DNA of 64,000 nt from Macrostomum hystrix (Eukaryota; Animalia; Platyhelminthes), in contig CATNEN010000001.1 of assembly GCA_950097015.1 (NCBI GenBank), positions 24,490,001 through 24,554,000 of the forward strand, given 5' to 3'. The translations under genes and the position numbers were made by a program. Under the pieces are notes generated by a model that searched no databases, was not told where the DNA came from, and was given only the letters and a program-made list of their open reading frames with translations. Below, one piece after another: positions 11,554 through 22,800 of the stretch. The number at the start of each line of letters is the position of its first letter. Position 1 is the stretch's first letter.

Positions 11554-14500
11554 TCACTTCTCGTCCAGGCTCTCCAGGGACAAGAAGGCGGCATTGTCGC
11601 TAGAGACTGACACACTGTTGTGCTCCCGTTGCAGATGCCGCTGATGAAGCTGGTGATGATGCTGGGGCAGGTGGTGATACTGAGCGTCTTCGGCGTTGTC
11701 AAATTCGTCATCGTCCCCATCGTCATCGCCTGGCTCGATGGCCTGGGCAACCCTTGTGGCCGGAGCAGAATTTCGCGCAGCATCCTCGACAGCTTCATCC
11801 GGAGGTAGGCAGACAGTGACAGGCTGCTGCTGTTGCTGCGAGCTAGAGCCCAGCAGCAGAGCTCGGCTGCCGTCCGGGTCAACCATCGCAGCTGAGGACT
11901 GGGGTGACATCAGCAGCGTCTCCTGTGTCTGCACGTGGGCCATCTTGTCATTCGAGCAGCAGCGGGAGTACTTCTGTATGGCCGTCAAAGGGATTGAAAT
12001 GACGCCGCCCTGGCTGCCCCCGATGCTGCAGCTGCCATCGCAAGCATTCTTGTCATCCTGGGCAGACAGTTTGAATGGCAATGCAGAAAGATCCACTCAC
12101 AATCACTGTAATCACTCACCCAAACACTTTCCCACTCACTATCCCACTCACCCAATCACTCTCCCACTCACCCAATCCCTCTCCCATTCACCCAATCACT
12201 CTCCCACTCACCCAATCACTCTCCCACTCACCCAATTACTCTCCCACTCACCCAATCACTCTCCCATTCACCCAATCACTCTCCCACTCACCCAATCACT
12301 CTCCCACTCACCCAATCACTCTCCAACTCACCCAACCACTCTCCCACTCACCCTCCTATTCACCCAATCACTCTCCCACTCACCCAATCACTCTCCTACT
12401 CACCCAATCACTCTCTCACTCACTCTCCCATTCACCCAATCACTCTCCCACTCACCCAATCACGCTCCTACTCAACAAATCACTCTCCCACTCACCCAAT
12501 CACTCTACCATTCACCCAATCACTCTCCCACTCACCCAATCACTCTCCCATTCACCCAATCACTCTCCCACTCACCCAATCACTCTCCTACTCAACCAAT
12601 CACTCTCCCACTCACCCAATCACTCTACTACTCACCCAATCACTCTCCCACTCACTCTCCCATTCACCCAATCACTCTCCCACTCACCCAATCACTCTCC
12701 TACTCAACAAATCACTCTCCCACTCACCCAACCACTCCCACTCACCAAATCACTCTCCCACTCACTCTCCTATTCACCCAATCACTCTCCCACTCACCCA
12801 ATAACTCTCCTACTCAACCAATCACTCTCCCAATCACCCAACCACTCTCCCACTCACCCAATCACTCTCCCATTCACCCAATCACTCTCCCACTCACCCA
12901 ATCACTCTCCCACTCACCCAATTACTCTCCCACTCACCCAATCACTCTCCCACTCACTCTCCCATTCACCCAATCACTCTCCTACTCAACCAATAATCTC
13001 CCACTCACCCAACCACTCTCCCACTCACTCTCCCATTCACCCAATCACTCTCCCATTCACCCAATCACTCTCCTACTCACCCAATCACTCTCCCACTCAC
13101 TCTCCTATTCACCCAATCACTCTCCCATTCACCCAATCACTCTCCCACTCACCCAATCACTCTCCTACTCAACCAATCACTCTCCCACTCACCCAACCAC
13201 TCCCACTCACCAAATCTCTCTCCCACTCACTCTCCCACTCACCCAATCACTGTCCCACTCACCCAATTACTCTCCCACTCACCCAATCACTCTCCCATTC
13301 ACCCAATCACTCTCCTATTCACCCAATCACTCTCCCACTCACCCAATCACTCTCCCACTCACCCAATCACTCTCCTACTCACTCAATCACTCTCCCACTC
13401 ACCCAATCACTCAGCCAATCACTCTCTCACTCACTCTCCCATCAATGCAACTCACCAAGGCCAAGCCCTCGGTGCGACTGCAGTTAATAGCAGGTCCGCT
13501 GCCGCCGCCGCTGACTCCGGAGCTCGCACCGCCGCCGCCGCCGCCGCAGACGGTCACCATGAACAGGCGGACCAGACGCCTATAATGAGTGCCTCTTCCA
13601 ATGTACACAGCCGGTTTGAGCAGTAGGGACACAATAAACAGAAAATTGGAGGCCACATAGAACTGCAGCTCTAGGCGCGTCCTGACAGCCGGACCGTGCG
13701 ATCGCACAATGTGAAAAACGAGATTGGGGAATCGGCAGGCAAACACCAGCCCGCCAACAATGGCCACAATGTCAGCATTGACCGCTTCTTGGCGCAACTG
13801 TCTATCCCGCTTCCCGTCGGCTGTTGAACAGGCTTGATTGAGCTGGGCTGCGGCCGGCTGGGCTCCGTTATTAGCCCGATTGCGTCCGGTATTCTTGCTG
13901 ACCATGTACTTGTCCAGGCGCTTGTACAGCCGGAAACAGGTGAACCCGCCGATTGTGAGGTAGGGAATGAACAGTTCGACTGGCACCTGAGGATTGAGGT
14001 TGGGATTGTGAGGTAGGGAATGAACAGTTCGACTGGCACCTGAGGATTGAGGTTGGGATTGTGAGGTAGGGAATGAACAGTTCGACTGGCACCTGAGGAT
14101 TGAGGTTGGGATTGTACGGTAGGGAATGAACAGTTCGACTGGCACCTGAGGATTGAGGTTGGGATTGTGAGGTAGGGAATGAACAGTTCGACTGGCACCT
14201 GAGGATTGAGGTTGGGATTGTGAGGTAGGGAATGAACACTTCAACTGGCACCTGAGGATTGAGGTTGGGATTGTGAGGATTCATCTTAAAATAGTATAAA
14301 ACAATTTTTGCAGGAGGGCTGAGGCTAATGCCACATCACTTGATGACAGTAGACCCGCAGCCATCGAGGAGGCAATTCTGCCCATTTGGCTGATTCCTGA
14401 GCACACGTTCTCACACTTCCTCATCGTCAGGCAGTGTAAACTTTCTCTGTGCCGTGGAGTTTGGCCCTCAACGAAACTGATCAAGCCAAGGAACACTAAT

Positions 14501-17058
14501 TAGAAAGAATTAGGACGGCAAACTAGATTTCTTAGAAAGTTTAGAGAGGCTAATTGTCGCCTAAAAATACACTATGGACAAAGGTAATATTTAGGCGGAG
14601 TAACGGCTCATCTTCTAAAATTATTATCCTTCATCCATTTCTATTCCTGTCAAGCAGTATTAGTGCAAACATAGAGCCTAAAAATGCATTAAGCTCCTAA
14701 AACAAGAAGACCACTAGGAAACTCACTTCTGACATTCTATATATACATTATATATTTCTCTTGCATCATCTGTGTAAATGGGTCTTATCTACGAATAGTT
14801 GCCATTAGACTATTAGACTTCAAGCATTTGGCGAATATTATATAGCAATAGAGGCCCAGCAAAAGAAAATAGTACGAATATTAACTTTTCAGAAATACAA
14901 CTTTGTAAAATTATTTGAAACGCCATGTCAGGTACCCTGTAAAAAATTCGGCTGCTTCTTCGGCGGGTTTTTTTGCGCAAAATAGGAGTGGAATCTACCA
15001 AAATCCCCCCTATCTCGCAAGAGTTAAAGAAACCACCCAGGAAGCAGCCGATGTAACCGTAAATTGTGCGGAAACCGCCGAAGAATCACCCGAACCAGTG
15101 GCCCATGGGACAACCAGAGAATTATTTACGGGCGATTCCTCGGCGGTTTCTGAGCATGGAATCTTCCGAACTGGAAGATTCTTTGGGTGATTCCATTTCG
15201 CCACCAAGAAGCACCGAGAAAACGCCCAGTTGGGTAGATTCTAAGCATGGAATCATCCGATTGGTATGTTTCCAGCGTTCGGCTGTTTCTTTTTCTGGAA
15301 ACACCGCAGATTCCAACTGGAATCACCCAAAGAAACATCCCTATTTTTTAGCGGGTATTAAAAGAACTTTTAATCTGGGATCCGCTTCCCATACGACCAC
15401 CATTTTATTTTGACAAAGAAGAGAACAATCACATCCCCATAGTGAGGGTCGGTGGCAGAGCGGTTAACGCGTTTGCCCAAGGTCCCTGAGCTCGATTCCA
15501 CGGCGAGGCCACATTTATTTGGGGTGCAGCCGCGGAGAGAAGGCCTGGGTGGCTTGTCGTGCAATTTACGCCCTTGAGGGTCAACCTCCAAGGCACAGTG
15601 AGAGTGCACACTGCCTGACGATGAGAAAGTCAGGACATATGTACACACCTGTGTGTGTGTGCTCAGGAGTCAGCGAAATGGGCAGAATTGCCTCCTCGCT
15701 GGCTGCAGGTCTAGTGTCACCAAATTATGCGCCACTGCCCGCACCCTCGTGCAATTATTGTTATTATCCAAAAGTGTATTTCTCATAAAAAACCAGCCCC
15801 CTAAACATTTTTAAGAAACGCACTTTCTCATCTCTCTACTCGTAGTGGTCATTACGCACTGTTTTTTTGTTAATCCTTAATGTCGGCACTTAAAAAAAAC
15901 TGACTAGTCAGTTTCAGCTCACCTTGAGCAGTTGGTCCTCAATCTTCTGATAGGTACTATCGGAGCCCAAGCTGGTGAATCGCAGAACCATCCTACCCTG
16001 ACTGTCCGTGTGAAACCAGAATCGGCACATCTTAGGCAGAGAATAGAGCAGCAGAGCCACAGCCAAGCTGGCCACAGTGGGTAGCACAAACTTCAGCTTG
16101 CTAAGGCCGCACCTGTGCTGCACAAACAGCACAATTAGCAGGTAGAGGCTAATTAGATCCACGCATTCCAATAGCGGCTGGCCCAGTGGTGCCAGGTAGA
16201 CGGTGAAGCTGTGATAGACCTGACGCTGTACGGCGGCATCGCCGGGCAGAAATTGAGTGACGGGCAGGAGGCCCAGGAGCAGGCAGGAGGCGGCATCAAA
16301 TAGGCACATGGCCGACAGGTACAGGGAGGTGGCAGACCTCACTAACCTGCACAATAAGTGAACAATTAACAAATAACTTATGCTGCCAAATATTGGGAAA
16401 CATCAAAGTGATGTTTTGCCAGGCTGTGCAATGCGAAACCGGAAGGGATCTGGAATCCGCGCCATTTCTCCTTCCTGGGGAAAAAAACCTGCTATTTCAA
16501 ATACTGCCTACTACACGATAGATCTCTGGTCTATTCCGCTTTCAAAGTTTTTTCATCGGATAGAGCGGAAAATTGTTGCTCAAGTTCTGGATTTTCCCGA
16601 TTGGTTGAATATTTTAGGAGATACAGAAAAAACGGAAATGTGGGTATTGGAAATATATTTGGTGGTATTTCTACTCTGATCTGAAAGCCATTCAATTGAA
16701 GCAGTCAGCTGACAATAAGCACCTGAAGCGGAACAGCGCCAAGAAGACCAGCTGTGAGAACAGTGCGGCCAGGCACAGGACCAAGCCGAACGGGCCCAGC
16801 AGCTGGTGCCCCAGCGCCGCCGTGCCATCGCTGGTACACATGAACGCGTCGTAGCACAGAACGCCTTCGTCAGCGGCTAGGCCGGCATTGGAGGCGGCAG
16901 TGGAAGCCGAACTGGTGGTGGTGGCCGCAGCAGCCGCCCTCACCTGGCTGTCAATGCAGGCGTTGATGCTGTGCAGGCAGTCCAAGTTGCTGCTGGCGCT
17001 GCCGCTGACAGGATAGGCTGTTGTGTAGTTTGATGAGGACCTACTGCGGAATAGGCCG
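11554..17058 (-). CDS. Class A (rhodopsin-like) GPCR, divergent peptide-receptor-like; 5' end unresolved
   Basis: Exons ~17058-16723, 16346-15923, 13986-13456, 12057-11554 join in frame. About seven hydrophobic segments, TM2-like YLSAMCLFD, TM5 FIP, TM6 FACRFP, TM7 KPAVY; long acidic/His-rich tail. Confidence 0.72.
12092..13440. repeat. 20-bp minisatellite (cactcacccaatcactctcc) filling GPCR intron 12058-13455
   Basis: Tandem array. Confidence 0.95.
13951..14281. repeat. 53-bp tandem repeat (6 copies) spanning a 3' splice site and exon start
   Basis: Units start at 13951, 14004, 14057, 14110, 14163, 14216. Confidence 0.95.
14300..14480 (-). mobile_element. SINE family A, 5'-truncated copy
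   Basis: cactgcctgacgatgag...gctcaggaatcagccaaatgggcagaattgcctcctcg matches 15609-15720. Confidence 0.8.
14935..15355. mobile_element. Probable non-autonomous DNA transposon (MITE)
   Basis: Imperfect TIRs ccctgtaaaaaa / ttttttagcggg flanked by TA on both sides. Confidence 0.45.
15446..15767 (+). mobile_element. tRNA-derived SINE family A, apparently full length
   Basis: A box tggcagagcgg, B-box-like gctcgattcc, conserved body, attattgttattat tail; five related copies in the window. Confidence 0.82.
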
Positions 17059-17790
17059 CTGCAATGTAGGGAGTGGTTTCATATATTAGACTAGAGATCT
17101 CTTAGAGTAGGGCGGGAAATAAAACGGCAGACAACGAATGAGAGAGCCTGAGAGGCAGAGACGAGAGCACCTCAAATCCCAGGCGCTGACGCGGTAAAGA
17201 AAAAGCGCAGACGAGGCAGAGAGAGGGAGAGAGGAGAGAGGACACTGCCCATAGAATTTCAAAAATCTAATGTTGGAATCGATTCCGATATGTATCGAAA
17301 AAAACTGAAATCCAGATTCGAACCAAGGCAACTCCGGACGCGTTTCGCTCTTATTGGAGCTCATTAGTAGAGTCTAGCCTAGCGCTTTAGCCATTAGGCT
17401 ATAGGCGCTTGTTGAAATCCAGCTTTTAATCTCAACATATCGTGATCGATTGGGCAGCGCCCCACAACTCCGTGGCACTGACTCGGTCGTACGAGACGCC
17501 GGTGCTGGCCTGAGGAGAGGGAGAGAGAGAAAGGCAGAGAGACAGAGAGACAGGCAGAGAGAGGCAGAGAGGGAGGGAAGTAGATTGGGAGAGAGAGAGA
17601 AAGAAGGAGAGAAGGGAGATTAAAGAGGGAGATAGAGTAAATAGATATAGAAGCCTAGAATTCCCCAAATTTCGTGAGTTTAGGCAGGGCAAAACAGCAA
17701 ACACAGAAAGAGAAAAATACAAAGAATAGAGTTTTATACAATAGATACAACAGAAAACAAAGTAGAGGAGGCCCCTGGCATAAGACTGAC

Positions 17791-18080
17791 GCGGCGACAG
17801 TGTTGGCAGTGGCGGCAACAGCGGATGCGGCAGTGGGCTGTGATATCCTAGCAGTTGCAGGGGCCGCAGTGGTGGTCAAGGAGTCCAGGTAGTCCTTACA
17901 GGCCTTTGAGTAGTCCTTCGGAACCAGGAAGGTTTTTTTGCAAAAATCCAAAAATTTTGAGAATTGCTTCCGGCCGGCTGCCTTCTGCTCAGGGGTCAAG
18001 CTGTCATATTTGCTATTGGAGAAGTCAGATGGGTCCAATACAGCGGTGGACATTGCTCGGCTGCAATGGTGAGGTGTCAG
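17791..18080 (-). CDS. Orphan exon (Cys pair then Thr/Ala-rich stretch); GPCR N-terminal ectodomain or a separate small gene
   Basis: Acceptor at 18081-18082, ATG at 18053, donor GTCAGT at 17790 (phase 2, compatible with acceptors at 17509 and 17058). Confidence 0.45.
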
Positions 18081-18104
18081 CTGTAGTCTGTGTAGGATTA
18101 TAGA

Positions 18105-18530
18105 GATAGGTCAGAAACCTAAAGTAGATTTAGGTCAGTTTTTTACGCATAGGTCAGAATCCTAAGGTAGATTTGGGTCAGGGGTTTGACAGATGGGTCA
18201 GAATCCTAAAGCAGATTTGTGTCAGAAACCTAAAGTAGATTTGGGTCAGGTTTGACAGGTGGGTCAGAATCCTAAAGCAGATTTGTGTCAGAAACCTAAA
18301 GTAGATTTGGGTCAGGTTTGACAGGTGGGTCAGAATCCTAAAGCAGATTTGTGTCAGAATTTGACAGGTGGGTCAGAATCCTAAAGTAGATTTAGGTCAG
18401 TTTTTTGACACACGGGTCAGAATCGTAAGGTAGATTTGGGTAAAGGATTGGACAGGTGGGTCAGAAACCTAAAGCAGATTTGGGTCAGGGTTTTTACTGG
18501 TGGGTCAGAAATAAAAACTAAGATTTGTGT
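18105..18530. repeat. Degenerate minisatellite (gggtcagaatcctaaagcagattt variants)
   Basis: Repeated motif. Confidence 0.85.
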
Positions 18531-19204
18531 CAGTGTTTTACACATTGTTCGGAAAATCATGTGTCAAACACGATACTTTAGTAAAAATATGCTCTCAAAG
18601 GATGACCACTTGTTAGACATATAAGTACATGCATAACTATCTGCTAGTTTATTTGGCATAACAATTAAAACGTCAATCAAAGATTCTGAAATTAAAAACA
18701 TAAAAATGCTCACTTCACTCTGAATATTAGGTAAAACGTGCGCATTCGCACTACTGATAATAATTAAGTAGTAAGCAAAAATCTAAGGAGGCTGAATTTC
18801 TAAGCTAAAGGAATAAAACGAGAACCTAAAATAACAGAGTAAAAGTTGTACATTCAGGTTTGAGGCCTAAAATACCTACCAAAAAGTTTACAGGCAGCAG
18901 GTACGGACAAATGTGTTGAAATAAATAAATGTTTTTTCAGTAGACAGTACATTAAGTTTGATCCAAAGGATAAGGCACACACTAATCATGAACATGTCCA
19001 AAGTATATAGCACTTAATGATTAGATCTGTTCTTCTGTACTTTACTCGCTTGGAAACAAAAGCATCATTGGACTCGCAAGCCAATAATTTACAGATAGAC
19101 GGTTATATGGAGAAAGACTGGTTTACAGCCAGCAGATAACACTGCGATTGTCTGTCATAACTTTGCAACTATTAACACAGTAATGCCACATGAAAACTTA
19201 TGGA

Positions 19205-19835
19205 GATTGACAGACCAGTACTACAGACTTAGTATTACTGCAGAAAGATATAGATCCCATATTACAGAACTAGATACAGGTACTACAGACTAAAACACAG
19301 GTATTACAAACTTTCAGATAGGTATTAAATACTAAAAAATTGGTATTAAGGACTAACAGACATGAATTACAGACAGTTTTTACAGACTTACAGACAGGCT
19401 CTACAGATCTAAAAACAAGTATTACAGACTTACAGACAGGCTCTACAGACCTAAAAACAAGTATTACAGATTTACAGGCAGGTATTATAGACCTGCAGAC
19501 AGGCATTAGACTTATAGACAGGCATTCCAGACATACGAGTATACACAGGTATTACAGAATTACAGACAGGGATTAAAGTCTTAAAGACGGGTATTACTGA
19601 CTTATAAACATATTTTACAGACTTACAGACCGGTACTAAAGCCTTACAGACATGTTTTACATACAGGTTTTACAGACTTACAGACAGGCACTACTACAGA
19701 CCTAAAAACTGTTATTACAGACTTGCAGATAGGCATTACAGACTTGCAGATAGGCATTACAGACTTGCAGATAGGCATTACAGACTAACAGATAGACATT
19801 ACAGACTTACAGACAGGCGCAACAGATTTACAGGC
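19205..19835. repeat. Degenerate minisatellite (ttacagacttacagacagg variants) downstream of CAPN15
   Basis: Repeated motif. Confidence 0.8.
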
Positions 19836-19884
19836 AGCTGTCAAAATGAGAGAAGCTGGCGCAGAAAGGCGGGGTGAAGAGCTG

Positions 19885-22800
19885 TCACTCCAAGCTCAGC
19901 AAAGCGTGCAAGCAGCTGACATCCTCAGACAGGGGCGGCACATGCGGCTGGTACAGGATCATAGGGTTGGAGAGGCTGATGAGCTGGTGGACAATCCTGT
20001 GATGCACTGAGTAGCGCTCCGAGCTCTCCAGCTGACTGAGCAGCATGACAACCTGCCGGTGACGCGGCGGCACAATGTCAGCTGATTCGATGGCGCCGCG
20101 GGTGCTGACGACATTCTCGGAGCCGGTGCATTCGCATTTGACTAACACGCCGTAATTGTAGTCCCGGTTAACCACCTGGATGGCAATAAACCGTTCGGGG
20201 GAATAGAGGACTTAGAACTAGATAAGGACTTCTGGATACCAGAACTAGATAAGGACTTCTGGATTCTAGAACTAGATAAGGAATTCTGGATACCAGAACT
20301 AGATAAGGAATTCTGGATACCAGAACTAGATAAGGAATTCTGGATACCAGAACTAGATAAGGAATTCTGGATACCAGAACTAGATAAGGAATTCTGGATA
20401 CCAGAACTAGATAAGGAATTCTGGATACCAGAACTAGATAAGGACATCTGGATACTAGAACTAGATAAGGACTTCTGGATACCAGAACTAGATAAGGACT
20501 TCTGGATACTAGAACTAGATAAAGACTTCTGGATACCAGAACTAGATAAGGACTTCTGGATACTAGAACTAGATAAGGACTTCTGGATACCAGAACAAGA
20601 TAAGGACTTCTGGATACTAGAACTAGATAAGGAATTCTGGATACTAGAACTAGATAAGGAATTCTGGATACCAGAACTAGATAAGGACTTCTGGATACCA
20701 GAACTAGATAAGGAATTCTGGATACCAGACCTAGATAAGGACTTCTGGATACTAGAACTAGATATTTGCGGCAGATTCAAGCAGTGCTCACAGTGAAGAT
20801 GAGTCCAGCCCAGCCAGTGGTGAGATAGTAGCTATCCACCCCAGGCCTGAGCTGGCAGGGCTGAGAACACTTCTCAGCCAGATCGCAGACCAGCTCAGCT
20901 AGCCAGTGCCGGCTGCCGCACTGCATCGGCTCCAGCAGGACAGGCTGATGAGGACTGTGTACAGCCAAGGTGAGCTTCACCGGTTCGTCCAGAGTCCACT
21001 TGTTGAAGGACAGGCAAGCCACGGTGTAGTGGCCGGGATCTAGCACTGCCGATAGCACAAGGAAATTTCTGACGCAGCGCTTCGTGTGGTGCGCGATGCG
21101 GCCCGGGCGGAGGTAGTTGTCTCCCAGACACACGACCAGGCACAGGTCACCGAGCACGATTGAGTCGCTGTACCGATTGCAGGACTGTGGTAGGAATAAT
21201 ATGGGATGGGATGGGAATAGGAGAGGATTTTGACAAAGCAATATGGAAAAGAGATTTTGAAATGCACACCTAGAAAACAAACTTAGATAACAGTGATTTC
21301 TTATCTAGATCCCAGATCTAAGCCAAGGGAGATATAGATCCCAGTCCTAGATCTAAGGGAGATATAGATCCTAGACCTAGATCTAAGGGAGATATAGATG
21401 ATATAGATCCCAGACCTAGATCTAAGGGAGACATAGATGATATAGATCCCAGTCCTAGATCTAAGGGAGATATAGATCCTAGACCTAGATCTAAGGGAGA
21501 TATAGATGATATAGATCCCAGACCTAGATCTAAGGGAGACATAGATGATATAGATCCCAGACCTAGATCTAAGGGAGACATAGATCCCAGTCCTAGATCT
21601 AAGGGAGATATAGATCCCAGACTTAGATCTATGGGAGACATAGATGATATAGATCCTAGACCTAGATCTAAGGGAGATATAGATCCCAGACCTAGATCTA
21701 AGGGAGATATAGATCCCAGACCTAGATCTAAGGGAGATATAGATCCCAGACCTAGATCTAAGGGAGATATAGATCCCAGACCTAGATCTAAGGGAGATAT
21801 AGATCCCAGACCTAGATCTAAGGGAGATATAGATCCCAGACCTAGATCTAAGGGAGATCTAGATCCCAGACCTAGATCTAAGGGAGATATAGATCCCAGA
21901 CCTAGATCTAAGGGAGATCTAGATCCCAGACCTATACCAAGGGAGATATAGATCCCAGACCTATACAAAGGGAGATATAGATCCCAACTAAAAAGAACCA
22001 AAATGAGATCTAATTGATCAGCCTAAACCCACCTGGTAAAGCACCAGGTCAACGGCAGTCCTCTCAAGCACCGTCATAACGAATGCTTCTAGCGGCTCTC
22101 GCGGCTTCAACCAGCAGGACAGGCGAACTTCGTGACCCTCAGCATCGGGCGGGCAGTGGGCGATGTCAACAGAGTCGAAGTAGGTCAGCAAATCGTCGAA
22201 TCCAATCCAGAACAGGCCGCTGTCCCTTTGAGAGTCGCCGCTGCTGAGCACGTCGGTGAGCTCCTGGCGAAGCCGCGGCTCCAGCTCGGACCAGCTGGCC
22301 TGGTGGCCGGGGCTGAACCGGCCGCGCCATTCGCCACGGCCCCACGGGTTGCGGAGCAGCAGCAGCTGGTGGGAGCCGGCTGAGCGGACCTGCCGGCGGG
22401 GAGCGATGGAATGGGAAGAAAAAAATTGGAGTGGTAAAAATCAGAAGGAAAAGAACGGGTTGATGGTTAGGGTCAGGGTAGAAAAAGATAAGAAGAATCA
22501 GAGATGTAGAAAGTGGAAGACTACCAAGGAAAAAAGGGAAGTATGAAATAGGATTAGGTCGATCACCTGCAGCACGGAGTAGGCGTGCCTAGGGTACAGG
22601 CCCAGAGCCTGGTAGGTCTCATCCGGCAGGTTCATGCGGCCGGCGCCGCAGCTGGCACCGATGAGGCAGCCGCGCTCGGCTCCGCTGAGCAGTTTGGCCC
22701 AGATGAGTTCGCGCTCCTCCTGGCTGGCCTTCACAGAGTCCGACTGGAGCTCGTGCGACTCGCAAGGCGCCCCAGTGAGGATGGCCAGGCCTTCGAGGCA

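Noticed and set aside
10176-13585. Long ORFs over tandem arrays (also 3219, 20142, 21318, 31635-36438, 51475-52615, 57922-62256)
   Set aside because: They are translations of stop-free minisatellites, often open in several frames, and lie in introns or spacers
15612-15715. Hammerhead (CTGACGA...GAAA) or HDV-like (GCCTCCTCGCTGGC, GCGAAATGGG) ribozyme inside SINE family A
   Set aside because: Hammerhead stems II and III do not close on the core. The HDV-like pieces are in the wrong order, with no 7-bp P1 or P1.1 GG, and GAAA is not conserved in all copies.
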